From contig JAFUBW010000004.1 in the NCBI GenBank assembly GCA_017459965.1, forward strand, positions 13,667-77,666: a stretch of 64,000 nucleotides of DNA, in the 5' to 3' direction. Shown here piece by piece: positions 25,506-37,300 of this stretch. The DNA is from Bacilli bacterium. GTDB taxonomy: Bacteria > Bacillota_I > Bacilli_A > RF39 > UBA660. The translations under genes were made by a program, and so were the position numbers. Within the stretch, counting starts at the first letter, position 1; every line of letters starts with the position of its first letter. The notes below the pieces were generated by a model that worked only from the letters and a program-made list of their open reading frames with translations, was not told the origin of the DNA and did no database searches.

Positions 25506-28088
25506 TTATTTTGCTTCATATAAATTATTACCGATTGAAACATCAACTTTAAGTGGTACACTTAATTTATATGCATTTTCCATATATTTTATTACAATTT
25601 CTTTTACTTTTTTCTCTTCTTCTTTTAATACATTAAATATAAGTTCATCGTGTATTTGAAGAATCATTTTACTTTTTAATTTCTGTTTATTAAATTCATT
25701 ATAAATATTTATCATTGCTATTTTAAGGATGTCTGCTGCTGAACCTTGTACTGGAGTATTTAAAGCCATTCTATCTCCCTGTATTCTTATCATATATTGA
25801 GAATTATTTATTTCATCTATTTTTCTTTTTCTGTTCATTATAGTTTTTACATATCCTTTATCTCTTGCGTCTTGTAAAACCTTTTCTCTATAATCTTTAA
25901 TACCAGGAAATGCTTCATAATATTTATTTAAAAATTCATTTGCTTCTATTAATGATATATGAAGATCTTCTGCAAGTCCATATGGACTTATACCATATAT
26001 TATTCCAAAATTAACTGCTTTTGCATCTCTTCTCATATTAGAAGTTACTTCATCTGCATTTATGTGATATATATTCATTGCAGTTTTAGTATGTATATCT
26101 AAATCATTATTAAACGCATCTATTAGATTTTTTTCACCTGACATATGTGCAAATACTCTTAGTTCTATTTGTGAATAATCACTTGATAAGAATACACAAT
26201 TATCCTCAGGAACAAATGCTTTTCTTATATCTTTTCCTTCTTTATATCTAATAGGTATATTTTGAAGATTAGGTTCAATTGATGAAAGTCTTCCTGTTCT
26301 TGTTAATGTTTGTGTATATATTGTATGAAGTTTACCATCATCCTTTATTGTATTTTTTATTCCTATTATATAAGTATTATATATTTTGGCTAAAGTTCTA
26401 TAATCTATTATTTTTTCTACAATTGGATGAGTGCCTACTATTTTATCAAGTATTTCTCTTGCAGTTGAATATGATGTTTTTTTCTTTTTTGGATATGATA
26501 TTTGTAAATCATCAAATAATACTTCACCTAATTGTTTTGGAGATTGAATATTAAATTCTTTACCTGCATATTTATATATTTCGTTAGTTAATATTTCTAA
26601 TTTTTTATTTATATTATCTCCCATTTCATCTAATACTTTAGTATCAACTCTTACTCCTTCAATTTCCATATCCGCAAGTACATAAGAAAGTTTCATTTCT
26701 ATATCACTAAATAACTGTAATTGTTCTTCCTCTTTCATATTATCAATTAATCTATTTCGTATTTCATAAATAAATACCGCTTTATCACATATTAATTGTT
26801 CTAATGCCTTTTCATCTTTATTTTTATCTTTCATAAAACTATCAAATAAAGGCATTTCATAATCAAAATCATTAGCAAGATAAGCAATATCATCTTTAAC
26901 ATTATAATTTAGTATATAACCTGCGATCATCGCATCAAAACTACAGTTATCAAATTTAATACCATATTTATTTAAAGATACAATATTCTTTTTTAAATCA
27001 TAAGTATATTTTTCAAACTTCTCGAAAAATTTTTTATTCTCTAAAAATAATTCTTTGTCAATATAATATAAATTATTCCCATCATATGCGCTTATGCCTA
27101 ATATATTACCATCATGATAATTTGTATTATCCATTTCTATATAAATTGCAATTTCATTATTTAATTTTATTTCATCTATTGTTGATACTTTTTTATATTC
27201 AATTTTTGTTTTTTCTTCATTGGTAGAAAAATCATCATTTTTTAAAAAACTATAAAATTCAAGCTCTGAATACATTTCTTTTAATTGATCAATTTTTGGT
27301 CCATCATATTTTAAATCATTTAATGAATATTCAACTGGTACATCTTTATAAATTGTTGCGATATCTTTACTCATAAATGCACTAGATTTACCATCTATCA
27401 ATTTATGATGAACGGCACCTTTTATATTATCTATATTTTCATAAACATTTTCTACTGTAGTATATTCTTGTAATAATTTAAGAGCTGTTTTTTCTCCAAT
27501 ACCTTTAACGCCTGGTATATTATCAGATGAATCTCCCATTAATCCTTTTAAATCTATCATATTAATAGGCTTTATCCCATAAGTTTCTTCAAATGTTTTT
27601 TTATCCATTCTAATATAATCTTTTTGTTTTAATAATTTAACATCTATTTGATCAGATATCAATTGAAGTAAATCTTTATCACTACTAACAATTGTACCTA
27701 TAAAATTATCATCTTGTTCAATCAATTTTGAATATGTTCCAATTATATCATCTGCTTCATAGTTATCAATTTCAAAACATTTAATTCCCATAAGTGGTAC
27801 AAGTTCTTTAGCAACTTTAAATTGCATTTTTAATTCCTCTGGAGTAGCACTTCTACCATCTTTATATTCTTTATATTTATCATGTCTAAATGTTTTTCCT
27901 TTATCAAACGCTACTATCATATATTCTGGTTTTTCTTCTTTTATTATTTTATTTAACATATTAACTAGTCCATAAAGTCCATTTGTAGGAAAACCTTTTG
28001 AATTTCTCATTATAGTACCCGAATATGCAGTAGCATAATAACTTCTAAATAGTAAGTTGTTACCATCCACTAATATTACTTTTTTCAT
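25506..28088 (-). CDS. polA: DNA polymerase I
   Basis: 5' nuclease N-terminus (VILVDGNNLLFRSYYA), and polymerase motifs DYSQIELRV, RRDAKAVNFGIIYG and QIHDELIF. The ATG at 28088 follows AGGTGA. Confidence 0.95.
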   Translation of the reverse strand: MKKVILVDGNNLLFRSYYATAYSGTIMRNSKGFPTNGLYGLVNMLNKIIKEEKPEYMIVAFDKGKTFRHDKYKEYKDGRSATPEELKMQFKVAKELVPLMGIKCFEIDNYEADDIIGTYSKLIEQDDNFIGTIVSSDKDLLQLISDQIDVKLLKQKDYIRMDKKTFEETYGIKPINMIDLKGLMGDSSDNIPGVKGIGEKTALKLLQEYTTVENVYENIDNIKGAVHHKLIDGKSSAFMSKDIATIYKDVPVEYSLNDLKYDGPKIDQLKEMYSELEFYSFLKNDDFSTNEEKTKIEYKKVSTIDEIKLNNEIAIYIEMDNTNYHDGNILGISAYDGNNLYYIDKELFLENKKFFEKFEKYTYDLKKNIVSLNKYGIKFDNCSFDAMIAGYILNYNVKDDIAYLANDFDYEMPLFDSFMKDKNKDEKALEQLICDKAVFIYEIRNRLIDNMKEEEQLQLFSDIEMKLSYVLADMEIEGVRVDTKVLDEMGDNINKKLEILTNEIYKYAGKEFNIQSPKQLGEVLFDDLQISYPKKKKTSYSTAREILDKIVGTHPIVEKIIDYRTLAKIYNTYIIGIKNTIKDDGKLHTIYTQTLTRTGRLSSIEPNLQNIPIRYKEGKDIRKAFVPEDNCVFLSSDYSQIELRVFAHMSGEKNLIDAFNNDLDIHTKTAMNIYHINADEVTSNMRRDAKAVNFGIIYGISPYGLAEDLHISLIEANEFLNKYYEAFPGIKDYREKVLQDARDKGYVKTIMNRKRKIDEINNSQYMIRIQGDRMALNTPVQGSAADILKIAMINIYNEFNKQKLKSKMILQIHDELIFNVLKEEEKKVKEIVIKYMENAYKLSVPLKVDVSIGNNLYEAK

Positions 28089-28183
28089 TACTATCACCTA
28101 CTAATAAAATTATATCATAAAAATTTGATTTATTTTAGTATTTTTGATATAATACTTCACTTGAAAAAGGGGGGTATTTTATA

Positions 28184-28966
28184 ATGAATATTAATAATAA
28201 AATTAAAATATTTGATGATGATATGAAATATGTTTTTAATGATATAGGTGTTGAAAGTGTTATTTTTTATTATAAAAAATATAAAGATATATTATTAAAG
28301 TATTTTAGAGATGAAAAAATAAATAGAGAACAATATTTAAGAGATTTAGCTGATTATGAAATACCAAGAAAGACTTTAATATTTCCTAAAAATAGATTGG
28401 AAAATAAAGAAAAGAAAATTGAAACAATAAAAAACAGAAAGAGTTTAAAAGATGAAGTTGAAATAATCAGTCCAGCATATTATGAAAATGAATTTAAAGG
28501 ATATTTAATGAAAAAAGAAAATTTAAAATATTTGAATGTATTAGAAAACAAAAAGAAAAAAATTAAGTATCTAAAATTAATAAGAGAAAAAATTGAATTA
28601 CTAAATAATGATGGAATATTTATTGGCGATTTTAATGAAAATAATTTTTTAACTAATAAAGATATTACTATTCTTAAATTATGTGATCTAGATAATTTAA
28701 GAATTGATAATTATAATTTTGATACTGAGCATATATTCGTTAAAAAATATGAAAAAACGAATGCAAAAAAAGAGTATATTGATTCATATTGTTTTAATAT
28801 GTTTACAATTGCTTATTTAAATAAAATTAATTTGGGTTATTTTGTATTAAATAATCAAAAACTACCAAGAATTTTAGGAACAAAAGAAAATGAAGAAATT
28901 TTAGAAAGTATGAAAAATTTAGATAGTTCATATCAATATAAATTTTTAATAGACAATATAAAGTAA
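28184..28966 (+). CDS. hypothetical protein with possible degenerate protein-kinase-like core
   Basis: 260 aa. IFIGDFNENNFL and LKLCDLDNL resemble kinase catalytic-loop (HxDxxxxN) and DFG-like segments. No Gly-rich loop was seen. Confidence 0.45.
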   Translation: MNINNKIKIFDDDMKYVFNDIGVESVIFYYKKYKDILLKYFRDEKINREQYLRDLADYEIPRKTLIFPKNRLENKEKKIETIKNRKSLKDEVEIISPAYYENEFKGYLMKKENLKYLNVLENKKKKIKYLKLIREKIELLNNDGIFIGDFNENNFLTNKDITILKLCDLDNLRIDNYNFDTEHIFVKKYEKTNAKKEYIDSYCFNMFTIAYLNKINLGYFVLNNQKLPRILGTKENEEILESMKNLDSSYQYKFLIDNIK

Positions 28967-29022
28967 TTATAAGTATATAATTACTTTTTTTGTTAATAAT
29001 ATTTTAAAGAAAGGAGATACTT

Positions 29023-29223
29023 ATGAATATAAAAGATTATATTATTCAGAATTTTAAAGATGATAATGTTGAAACTATTAAAAATGCGATTGATGAAAGT
29101 GTAAAAGAATATAATGAAGATGCACTTCCAGGTCTTGGTATATTTTTTATGTTAGTTTGGGAAAATAGTAACGATAATGAAAAAAATACTATATTAGAAA
29201 AGATAAAATCTAATCTAAAATAG
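29023..29223 (+). CDS. sspI: small acid-soluble spore protein I
   Basis: 66 aa. ...NVETIKNAIDESVKEYNEDALPGLGIFFMLVWENSNDNEKNTILEKIKSNLK aligns by eye with B. subtilis SspI ...EEKMLPGLGVLFEVIW.... It is adjacent to pheST as in Bacillus. Confidence 0.75.
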   Translation: MNIKDYIIQNFKDDNVETIKNAIDESVKEYNEDALPGLGIFFMLVWENSNDNEKNTILEKIKSNLK

Positions 29224-29542
29224 TATTTTTTATTTCTTCATCTATATTTTCTTTTGCTAAAGTTAATGATTTAAATTTACATGTAGCATCATCTCTAGAT
29301 TTTATATTAGTATAAATATTATCAAGTTCAATTATTTGATAAATAGCACTTTCTTTTGTTAAATCTATTATATCTTTTTTGAACTCTTTTTCTAAAAAAA
29401 CTTTATAATCATATTGCATTATATTTCTTAATTGTTCATAGCTAATACCATTTCTCATATATGTTTCATATTTTTTAATATATTTTAAAGTTTTTTTCCA
29501 ATCTTTTGCAAATAATAATTCTAATATGTTCTTTTTGTTCAT
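29210..29542 (-). CDS. hypothetical protein (110 aa)
   Basis: The ATG at 29542 is preceded by GGAGG. The 3' end overlaps the sspI 3' end convergently by 14 nt. No recognised domain. Confidence 0.45.
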   Translation of the reverse strand: MNKKNILELLFAKDWKKTLKYIKKYETYMRNGISYEQLRNIMQYDYKVFLEKEFKKDIIDLTKESAIYQIIELDNIYTNIKSRDDATCKFKSLTLAKENIDEEIKNTILD

Positions 29543-29622
29543 GTGTTCTACCTCCAGACGTAATATCAATTTTATAGTATACTAAAGATAATGTAAATAT
29601 AAAAAGTACTTTTCAGCACTTT

Positions 29623-31995
29623 TTACATATTTCTTAATTTTGCATTAAATTTATCTTCAACAGATGTTATTATTTTATTAAATATAGGCATTACTTCTTC
29701 ATCTGTTAATGTTTTTGAATAATCTTCAAATATTACTTTAAATGCGATTGATTTATTATTTTGACCTATATTTTCTCCTGTATAGATATCGAAAATTTCA
29801 ATATGAGTTACTAGTTTTCCACCTGATTTTTTAATTTCTTTTATGATTTCTTCTGATAAAATATTTTTATCAACAATAAAAGCCATATCTTTTTCTATAG
29901 TAGGATATTTATTAATTTCTTTAAATTTAATAGAACCTACTCTTATTTCTTTTAAAATACTTAAATTAATTTCAAATGCATAAACATCTTTAGCAGTATT
30001 TGGATGAAGTTTACCCATAATACCTACTTCTTTTCCGTTTACTATTATAGATGATGATTGATAAGGATGAAAATCTTTTGATAAATTTTCTTTTTCTTTA
30101 AATGAATATCTATCTTTATAACCTAGATAATCAAGTAACTCTTCTACTACTCCCTTTAAGGTATAAAAATCTATCTTTTTTTCATTACCTATACCTAATG
30201 AATAAGTTCCACTCATTAAACAACCAAGTTTTTCTTCTTCATTAAAATTATCATCTTTTTTATAAAATCCTTTTCCTATTTCGAATAAGAATATATCTTT
30301 ATTAGAATGTGATTTATTATAATCATATACTTTAAATAATGATTGAAGAACTGAATATCTTAGTGTATTTCTATCCTCAGTAAGTGGATCAAGTAATTTT
30401 ATTTCTTCATATGAATCATTTGTAAACATATGAGATTCTTTATCATTAACTAGTACATATGTAAGTGTTTCATTAAGTCCTAAAGATGACATTTTATGTC
30501 TAATTAATCTATTAGTATTGTCATATTTATTATTTACTTCACCTATTTTAGGAAGTGTACTTTCAATATTATCAACACCATATATTCTAGATACTTCTTC
30601 TATTAAATCTTCTTTAATAGATATATCTAGTCTTCTAGATGGTACACTTACAATAGCATATTCCTCATTATCTTTAGACTCAAAACCTAATCTTCTAAAT
30701 ACATCTAATATTTCATCTTTAGAAATATTAGAACCAAGAACATCGTTTATATTTTTATACTCTATTTTTATTTCTTTATTATCAGAATTGGTTTTATTAT
30801 ATTCAATAATTCCAGAACATACTTTACCAGAAGCATATTTTTCTAACAAGTTACACGCTCTTTTTATAGCCATATATGTTCTTTTTGGATCAAGACCTTT
30901 TTCAAATCTATTAGATGCTTCACTTCTAAGTATTTTATTTGATGTTTTTCTTACTCTTACTGAATCAAATATAGCAGATTCAATAATTACATTTTTAGTA
31001 GTTTCTTCTACTTCTGTAGTAAGGCCACCCATAACACCTGCAAGTCCTACTGCTTCTTTTTTATTTGCAATAACAATATCATTTTCATCTAATGTTCTAT
31101 CTATATTATCAAGTGTAGTAAGTTTTTCATCTTTATTAGCCATTCTAACAACTAAAGTATCACCTAAGTTATCGGCATCATAAAAATGAAGTGGTTGTCC
31201 TGTTTCTATCATTACATAATTAGATATATCAACTACATTATTAATTGGTCTAATTCCTGATGCCATTAATCTATTTTTAATAAAATCTGGACTTTCTTTT
31301 ATAACGACATCTTTAACTTTTTTTGATAAGAATAAACTACAGTTATCAGTATTTATTTCTACATTAAATTCATCTTTAATATCATCTTTTATTTCATTAT
31401 AAGATAAATCTATTTCCTTTACCTTTTTATCATAGATAGCACCTAGTTCATATGCCATACCTATAATAGAAAGTAAATCACCTCTATTAGCAGTAAGTTC
31501 AAAGTCTATAATTTCATCATCAAAACCTAAATACTTAATTGGATCTTCTCCAATAGGTGCATCTTCTTTTAACTCAGCAATTCCATTTTTATCTTCATCG
31601 GTTAAAAATTTATTATCTAAACCAAGTTCTGCAATTGAACAAATCATACCATTTGATTCTTGGCCTCTTATCATACCCTTTTTAATTGTTCCACCTGGTA
31701 AAACTGCTCCATCAAGCGCAACTATTACTTTAAGACCTTTTCTAACATTAGGAGCCCCACATACTATATTTAAATCTTCACTACCAATATTAACTTTGCA
31801 TAAATGTAAATGGTCTGAATCTGGATGATTAGTACATTCAATTACTTCACCAATAATAAGGTTAGTACAATCAATAAATTTTCTAGCTTCATCATATTCA
31901 GAACCTACTCTAGTCATATCTTCTGCTATTTGAGTAATAGTTAAATTATCATCTAAATCAATATAATCTTTAACAAAATTTCTACTTAATATCAT
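29623..31995 (-). CDS. pheT: phenylalanine--tRNA ligase beta subunit
   Basis: MILSRNFVKDYIDL..., a tRNA-binding OB domain, and B3/4, B5 and FDX-ACB regions. The ATG at 31995 lies 1 nt after the pheS stop. Confidence 0.95.
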   Translation of the reverse strand: MILSRNFVKDYIDLDDNLTITQIAEDMTRVGSEYDEARKFIDCTNLIIGEVIECTNHPDSDHLHLCKVNIGSEDLNIVCGAPNVRKGLKVIVALDGAVLPGGTIKKGMIRGQESNGMICSIAELGLDNKFLTDEDKNGIAELKEDAPIGEDPIKYLGFDDEIIDFELTANRGDLLSIIGMAYELGAIYDKKVKEIDLSYNEIKDDIKDEFNVEINTDNCSLFLSKKVKDVVIKESPDFIKNRLMASGIRPINNVVDISNYVMIETGQPLHFYDADNLGDTLVVRMANKDEKLTTLDNIDRTLDENDIVIANKKEAVGLAGVMGGLTTEVEETTKNVIIESAIFDSVRVRKTSNKILRSEASNRFEKGLDPKRTYMAIKRACNLLEKYASGKVCSGIIEYNKTNSDNKEIKIEYKNINDVLGSNISKDEILDVFRRLGFESKDNEEYAIVSVPSRRLDISIKEDLIEEVSRIYGVDNIESTLPKIGEVNNKYDNTNRLIRHKMSSLGLNETLTYVLVNDKESHMFTNDSYEEIKLLDPLTEDRNTLRYSVLQSLFKVYDYNKSHSNKDIFLFEIGKGFYKKDDNFNEEEKLGCLMSGTYSLGIGNEKKIDFYTLKGVVEELLDYLGYKDRYSFKEKENLSKDFHPYQSSSIIVNGKEVGIMGKLHPNTAKDVYAFEINLSILKEIRVGSIKFKEINKYPTIEKDMAFIVDKNILSEEIIKEIKKSGGKLVTHIEIFDIYTGENIGQNNKSIAFKVIFEDYSKTLTDEEVMPIFNKIITSVEDKFNAKLRNM

Positions 31996-31996
31996 A

Positions 31997-33040
31997 CTAA
32001 TCAATATCCCTTCTATCAAATTGTTTTAAAAATCTAATATCATTTTGATATAAATATCTCATATCTGTTATTCCATATTTAAACATTGCAAGTCTATCAA
32101 TACCTGTTCCAAATGCAAATCCTGAATATTTTTCTGGATCATAACCATTCATTTTTAAAACATTAGGATGAACTATACCAGAACCTAAAAGTTCTATCCA
32201 TCCAGTTTCCTTACATAAGTTACAACCTTTACCTTTACATTTAAAACATGTTACATCTACTTCATAAGAAGGTTCTGTAAATGGGAAATAACTAGGTCTA
32301 AATCTAAGTTTAGTATTTTCACCAAGCATTTTTTTCATAAATACTTCTAAAGTTCCTTTTAAATCAGATAATGATACATGGTTTTCCTTTTTATCAATAA
32401 CAAGACCCTCAACTTGATTAAATTGGTGTGAATGAGTCGCATCATCTTCTCTTCTATATGTTTTACCAACACAAATCATTCTAATAGGCTTTTCTCCACC
32501 ATATTTAAGCATTGTTCTTGCTTGAACTGAAGAAGTTTGAGTTCTAAGCAAATATTTATCAGTTATATAAAATGAATCTTGCATATCTCTTGCTGGATGT
32601 CCTTGTGGTAAATTTAATCTTTCAAAACAAAATTCATCTGTTTCAAGTTCAGGACCTTCAACCACTTCATATCCCATAGATATAAATATATCTTCTATTT
32701 CTTCAATAGTTCTATTAAGTGGATGAATACTACCTTTTTTTATTTTGTTTGAAGGAAGAGTTATATCTATTTTTTCTGACTCTAACTTTTTATTTAATTC
32801 TTCTTCCTCAAGTTTTTGTTTCAAAATTTCTAAATCATCAGATATATGAGTTCTAAGTTCATTTAATATCATTCCAAAAGTCTTTTTATCTTCTACTTCC
32901 CTCATCATTGAAGTAAGCTGTGCGACTGGACTTTTTTTACCCATATATTCAACTTTTAAATCATTTAATTCTTTTAATGATTTAACAGCTTTTATTTGTT
33001 CATCAAATTTTTTTTGTATTTCTAATACCTTTTCTTTCAT
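31997..33040 (-). CDS. pheS: phenylalanine--tRNA ligase alpha subunit
   Basis: [11 protein letters not shown] and [12 protein letters not shown] motifs. The start is taken at MKEKVLEIQ (33040) because the track's N-terminal extension runs into the T-box terminator. Confidence 0.95.
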   Translation of the reverse strand: MKEKVLEIQKKFDEQIKAVKSLKELNDLKVEYMGKKSPVAQLTSMMREVEDKKTFGMILNELRTHISDDLEILKQKLEEEELNKKLESEKIDITLPSNKIKKGSIHPLNRTIEEIEDIFISMGYEVVEGPELETDEFCFERLNLPQGHPARDMQDSFYITDKYLLRTQTSSVQARTMLKYGGEKPIRMICVGKTYRREDDATHSHQFNQVEGLVIDKKENHVSLSDLKGTLEVFMKKMLGENTKLRFRPSYFPFTEPSYEVDVTCFKCKGKGCNLCKETGWIELLGSGIVHPNVLKMNGYDPEKYSGFAFGTGIDRLAMFKYGITDMRYLYQNDIRFLKQFDRRDID

Positions 33041-33061
33041 ATTCTTTTTCCTTTCTTTAAA

Positions 33062-33272
33062 CAAAAAAATCCATGATGTAAGGACGAATATTCGCGGTAC
33101 CACCTTACTTCATAGATTTACTATGCTCTTTAATCTGTTAACGCCAGAAATACGTTATATTTTAATATACACTAAAGGGTGAATTCATACAATGTTACTT
33201 ATTAGTATCCCACCAATTACTAACTCTCTTAAAAGCACTTATTATATTACTATGTCCTTATTATCGCTTTTC
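33062..33272 (-). promoter_or_regulatory. T-box riboswitch leader of pheST (Phe specifier TTC likely)
   Basis: The minus sense shows AGCGATAATAAGGAC...AGAGAGTT...GGTGGGA..., GAATTCACC with TTC followed by A, the conserved AAGGTGGTACCGCG (plus coordinates 33094-33104), then a terminator and T-run. Confidence 0.85.
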
Positions 33273-33359
33273 TCATATGTATTATAACATACTTTTTTTA
33301 TTTTTGATATATATTTTTAAATATTTTAATGGTATAATTTAATTATCTGGAGGTAAAAT

Positions 33360-34274
33360 ATGAAGAAGAAAAAAGAAATTAAATCTAAAACAAAAAAAGA
33401 AAGAAAGAAAATAAATATTGATTTTAATTCTATATTTGGAGGAATGTTTGTAGGTATCGCTAATATAATACCTGGTATTTCAGGTGGAACTATGCTTGTT
33501 ATATTTAATTTATTTGATAAATTAACTTATGCAGTATCTGATATATTTAAAAGACATACTGATACTAGAAAACAAAGTATATTACTATTAGTTAAGGTAT
33601 TATTAGGAGCTGCTATTGGTATTATATTATTTGCTAAAATATTAGGATTTACTTTAAAATATTATGAAGCAGAAACTATTATGTGTTTTATGGGATTAAT
33701 AATGTTTAGTGTCCCTATTATTATTAAAGAAGAATTAAAAGGTGAAAAATTTAATATATTATTCTTTATAATAGGATTTGCTATTATAATTGGACTTGAA
33801 TATTTACAAAAAAATACATTTAACAATAATACTAATTCAACTATGAATTTAATTCATTTTCTAACAATGATTGTTCTTGGTATTATTGGTGGAGCTACTA
33901 TGATATTCCCAGGTATATCTGGATCAATGGTAATGCTAGTTCTTGGTAAATATGAACTAGTTAGAAGCTATATTGATAAACTTACTAGTTTTGATATGGA
34001 AGCAATCATATCACTTTGTTTCTTTGGTATAGGAGTTATAATTGGTATTGTTGGAAGTTCTAAAATAACTTCATACTTACTAAAAAATCATAAAGGAAAA
34101 ACAATGAGTTTAATAATTGGATTTATAATAGCAAGCGCACTTATACTTCCATTTAATTTGGAAAATCATATTAAATTTACTACTATGAAAATTTGTAGCT
34201 TAATAATATGGTTTATAATTGGTGGAATGATTATTTATTATATAAATAGACTAAAAACAAAAGAGAATAATTAA
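33360..34274 (+). CDS. DUF368-family membrane protein (family recently linked to undecaprenyl-phosphate translocation)
   Basis: The motif is duplicated: IANIIPGISGGTMLVIF and MIFPGISGSMVMLVLG. About 8 TM segments. Confidence 0.75.
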   Translation: MKKKKEIKSKTKKERKKINIDFNSIFGGMFVGIANIIPGISGGTMLVIFNLFDKLTYAVSDIFKRHTDTRKQSILLLVKVLLGAAIGIILFAKILGFTLKYYEAETIMCFMGLIMFSVPIIIKEELKGEKFNILFFIIGFAIIIGLEYLQKNTFNNNTNSTMNLIHFLTMIVLGIIGGATMIFPGISGSMVMLVLGKYELVRSYIDKLTSFDMEAIISLCFFGIGVIIGIVGSSKITSYLLKNHKGKTMSLIIGFIIASALILPFNLENHIKFTTMKICSLIIWFIIGGMIIYYINRLKTKENN

Positions 34275-34345
34275 TATTCTCTTTTTAATATGATAACTTT
34301 TTTATGCTGTCTACTAAACAGGGTTCACATCAAAGTTTGAACTTT

Positions 34346-37300
34346 TTAAAATAAACTTAATTGACTTGTTTCTGGCATATCCCCAAATATACCCATTAAT
34401 CTCATTTTATCTATTAAAGTTTGCGATACTTTGCATCTTGTTTGGAATTCTTCAATAGATATAAATGGAGATTTTTTTCTTTCTTCAACTATATTATGTG
34501 CGACTGTATCACCCAGTCCATCTATAGAATTAAATGGTGGGATTATATCAGTTTCTGTAGGTGCTTTATAAGTAGTTGCTTCGCTTTCATATAAATCTAT
34601 ATTTTTAAAGTTAATACCTCTTGCAGTTGCTTCTAGACAAAGTTGAAGTGATTCTCTAGATCCTATTTCTTTATTAGTTGCATCTCTTCCTTTTTCATCT
34701 ATTTCTATAATTCTTTCTTTTATAGCATCATAACCTTTTATCATAGCAATTACATCTACATCTGTTGCCTTGCATGATAGCCAAGATGCATAATAATATA
34801 CTGGCATATGTACTTTATACCAAGCTATTCTAAATGCACTTGTAACATATGCGGCTGCATGGGCTTTTGGGAACATGTATTTTATTTTATGACATGATTC
34901 TATATACCAATCAGCTATACCTGCTTCTTTAAGAATTTTTTCGTATTCTACCCATTGATCATGATCTTTTGGTTTACTTGGTCTTCCCTTTCTTACAAAT
35001 TCCATTATTTTAAATGCTGTTATAGGCTTAAGTCCATTATACATTAGATATACCATTATATCATCACGACATCCTATAACTTCTGAAAATGGAACTATTT
35101 CATTTCTAATAAGTTCTTGTGCATTACCAAGCCATACATCAGTACCGTGTGATAAACCTGATATTTTTATTAATTCACCAAATGTTTTAGGCTTAGTATC
35201 CTCAACCATTTGAATTGTAAATTTAGTACCGAATTCAGGAATACCTAAAGTACCTGTATTACACATTATTTGATCTGTTGTAACACCAAGTGGTTCAGGC
35301 CCCAAGAATATTTTCATTGTCTCTTGATCATCAAGTGGAACTTTAGATACATCAGTACCTGTCATATCTTGTATCATTCTAAGTTGCGTTGGGTCTGAAT
35401 GCCCTAATATATCAAGTTTTAATACATCATCTTCAATTTTATGATAATCAAAGTGAGTTGTTCTCCAAGCAGAAGTTGGATCATCTGCTGGGAATTGATA
35501 AGGAGTAAAATCATATACATCCATATAATCTGGTATAACTACTATACCTCCTGGATGTTGACCTGTTGTTCTTTTTACACCAGCTACTCCTTTAGATAAT
35601 CTTTCTATTTCTATTGCTCTTTTCTCTATTCCTCTATCTTCAAAATATCCTTTTGTAAAACCATACGCTGTTTTATCTGCTACCGTACCTATTGTACCTG
35701 CTCTATACACATTGTCTACACCAAATAATACTTTAGTATATTCATGAATAGCAGCCTGATTTAAATCTGAGAAATTAAGGTCTATATCAGGTACTTTATC
35801 AGCGTTAAAACCAAGGAAAGTAGCAAACGGAATATCTTGTCCATCCTTTATCATTTCAGTACAACAAACTGGACAATTTTTATTAGGTAAATCAAATCCA
35901 GATGAATATGTAGCTCCTAAAGATTTACCATCTTCTTCAAATATAGATTTTTTACATTTTGGACATCTATAATGTGCAGATAATGGATTTACTTCAGTAA
36001 TACCCATCATAGTAGCTACAAATGATGAACCAACTGAACCTCTTGATCCTACTAAGAACCCATCATTATTAGATTTTTTAACTAATCTTTGCGCTATTAA
36101 ATATATAGGATCAAACCCTGCACCTATTACTCCACCTAAATTTTTCTTCAATAGTTTTTCTAATTCTTCTTCTGATAGTTCTTCTTCTGAAGTATCCCTT
36201 AAATAATTTCTTACCATATCCTTAACTGCATCTGAACCTTTAAGTATTACTTCATGAAGCCCTTTATATCCTTCTTTTATCTTTTCTTCTTCTGATAAAT
36301 TTTTATCTAAATAATATTTAACTGAAGTTAAAACTATATCACCATAAAGTTCTGTGCCTAGTCTTTCTTCAATATTATATGGAAGTGGATTTCCATACCA
36401 ATCATTTGCTTTTTCGTATACTAGATCAGTTACTACTCTTGGGCAATCTAAATAACTTTTACCATCATCTGCTTTTACTCTTGGAGAAAATGGCACTCCT
36501 CCAGTTTGAATAATAACATCAAATGTTTCAGTCATATCCAGTATTTTATTTGGGTTTGTTATAACAAGTTCTCTTGCTAAATCCTTTCCTAAGAATTCAA
36601 AATTTTCAAGCATTTCATCGGTTGTTCTAAAATGTTGAGATGGAATATTTCCGCCTTTAGAATTTCTAATTAAAGGATGACGTCCTCTACCTGGAACTTT
36701 TTGATTAATTATTATTTCTCTATATATTTTATCTTCTTTTTTTAAGTGATGAACATCTCCTGTAGCCACTATTATTTTACCTGCTTCTTTAGTTACTCTT
36801 ACTATTTTTTCTATATTTTTAATAACAGCTGCTTCATTTTCAAAAACCGAAGGTACTAAATGACAATATTCATCAACCGGTTGAACTTCTACATAATCAT
36901 AAAATTTAATAATATTAGCAAGTTCTTCTTCTGTTTTAGTAGATGCCTCTTTAAATACTTCACTTTGATAACATCCTGATCCTATTAATAAACCTTTTCT
37001 TAATTTTTCTATTTCACTTCTAAGTATTCTAGGTGTTTTATAAATATATTTGGTATTAGCAAGCGATACTATTTTAAATAAATTCTTAAGTCCTTCTCTG
37101 TTTAAAGTAAGTATATTTATATCATGAGTCCTACCATATTTATATATTTCATCTTTAGGTACTAAGTTATTCATATCACTTATCTTTTTAAAGTTTTGAT
37201 TCCTCATTTTTTTAAGCATTTTGTGAAGAACTATAGCAGTCCCTTCTGAGTCATAATCTGCTCTATGGTGACCTTCTTCATCAAATACTACACCATATCT

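Noticed and set aside
30518-31183. 221-aa plus-strand ORF inside pheT. The same applies to other antisense ORFs in the track: 930-1214, 3860-4054, 6006-6191, 9789-10124, 12725-13093, 15808-16011, 18420-18638, 21766-22110, 26279-26554, 38247-38468, 45539-45730, 50052-50288, 54211-54492, 61703-62056 and 62772-62990.
   Set aside because: All lie antisense to, and fully or largely within, well-supported genes. They have low-complexity Ser/Leu/Phe/Ile-rich translations, which antisense frames of AT-rich genes tend to give, and no RBS. I treat them as shadow ORFs.
33041-33103. N-terminal extension of pheS in the ORF track ([21 protein letters not shown]...).
   Set aside because: The extension overlaps the T-box conserved sequence and terminator of the leader. 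The conserved PheS N-terminus begins at MKEKVLEIQ, which has its own purine-rich RBS.
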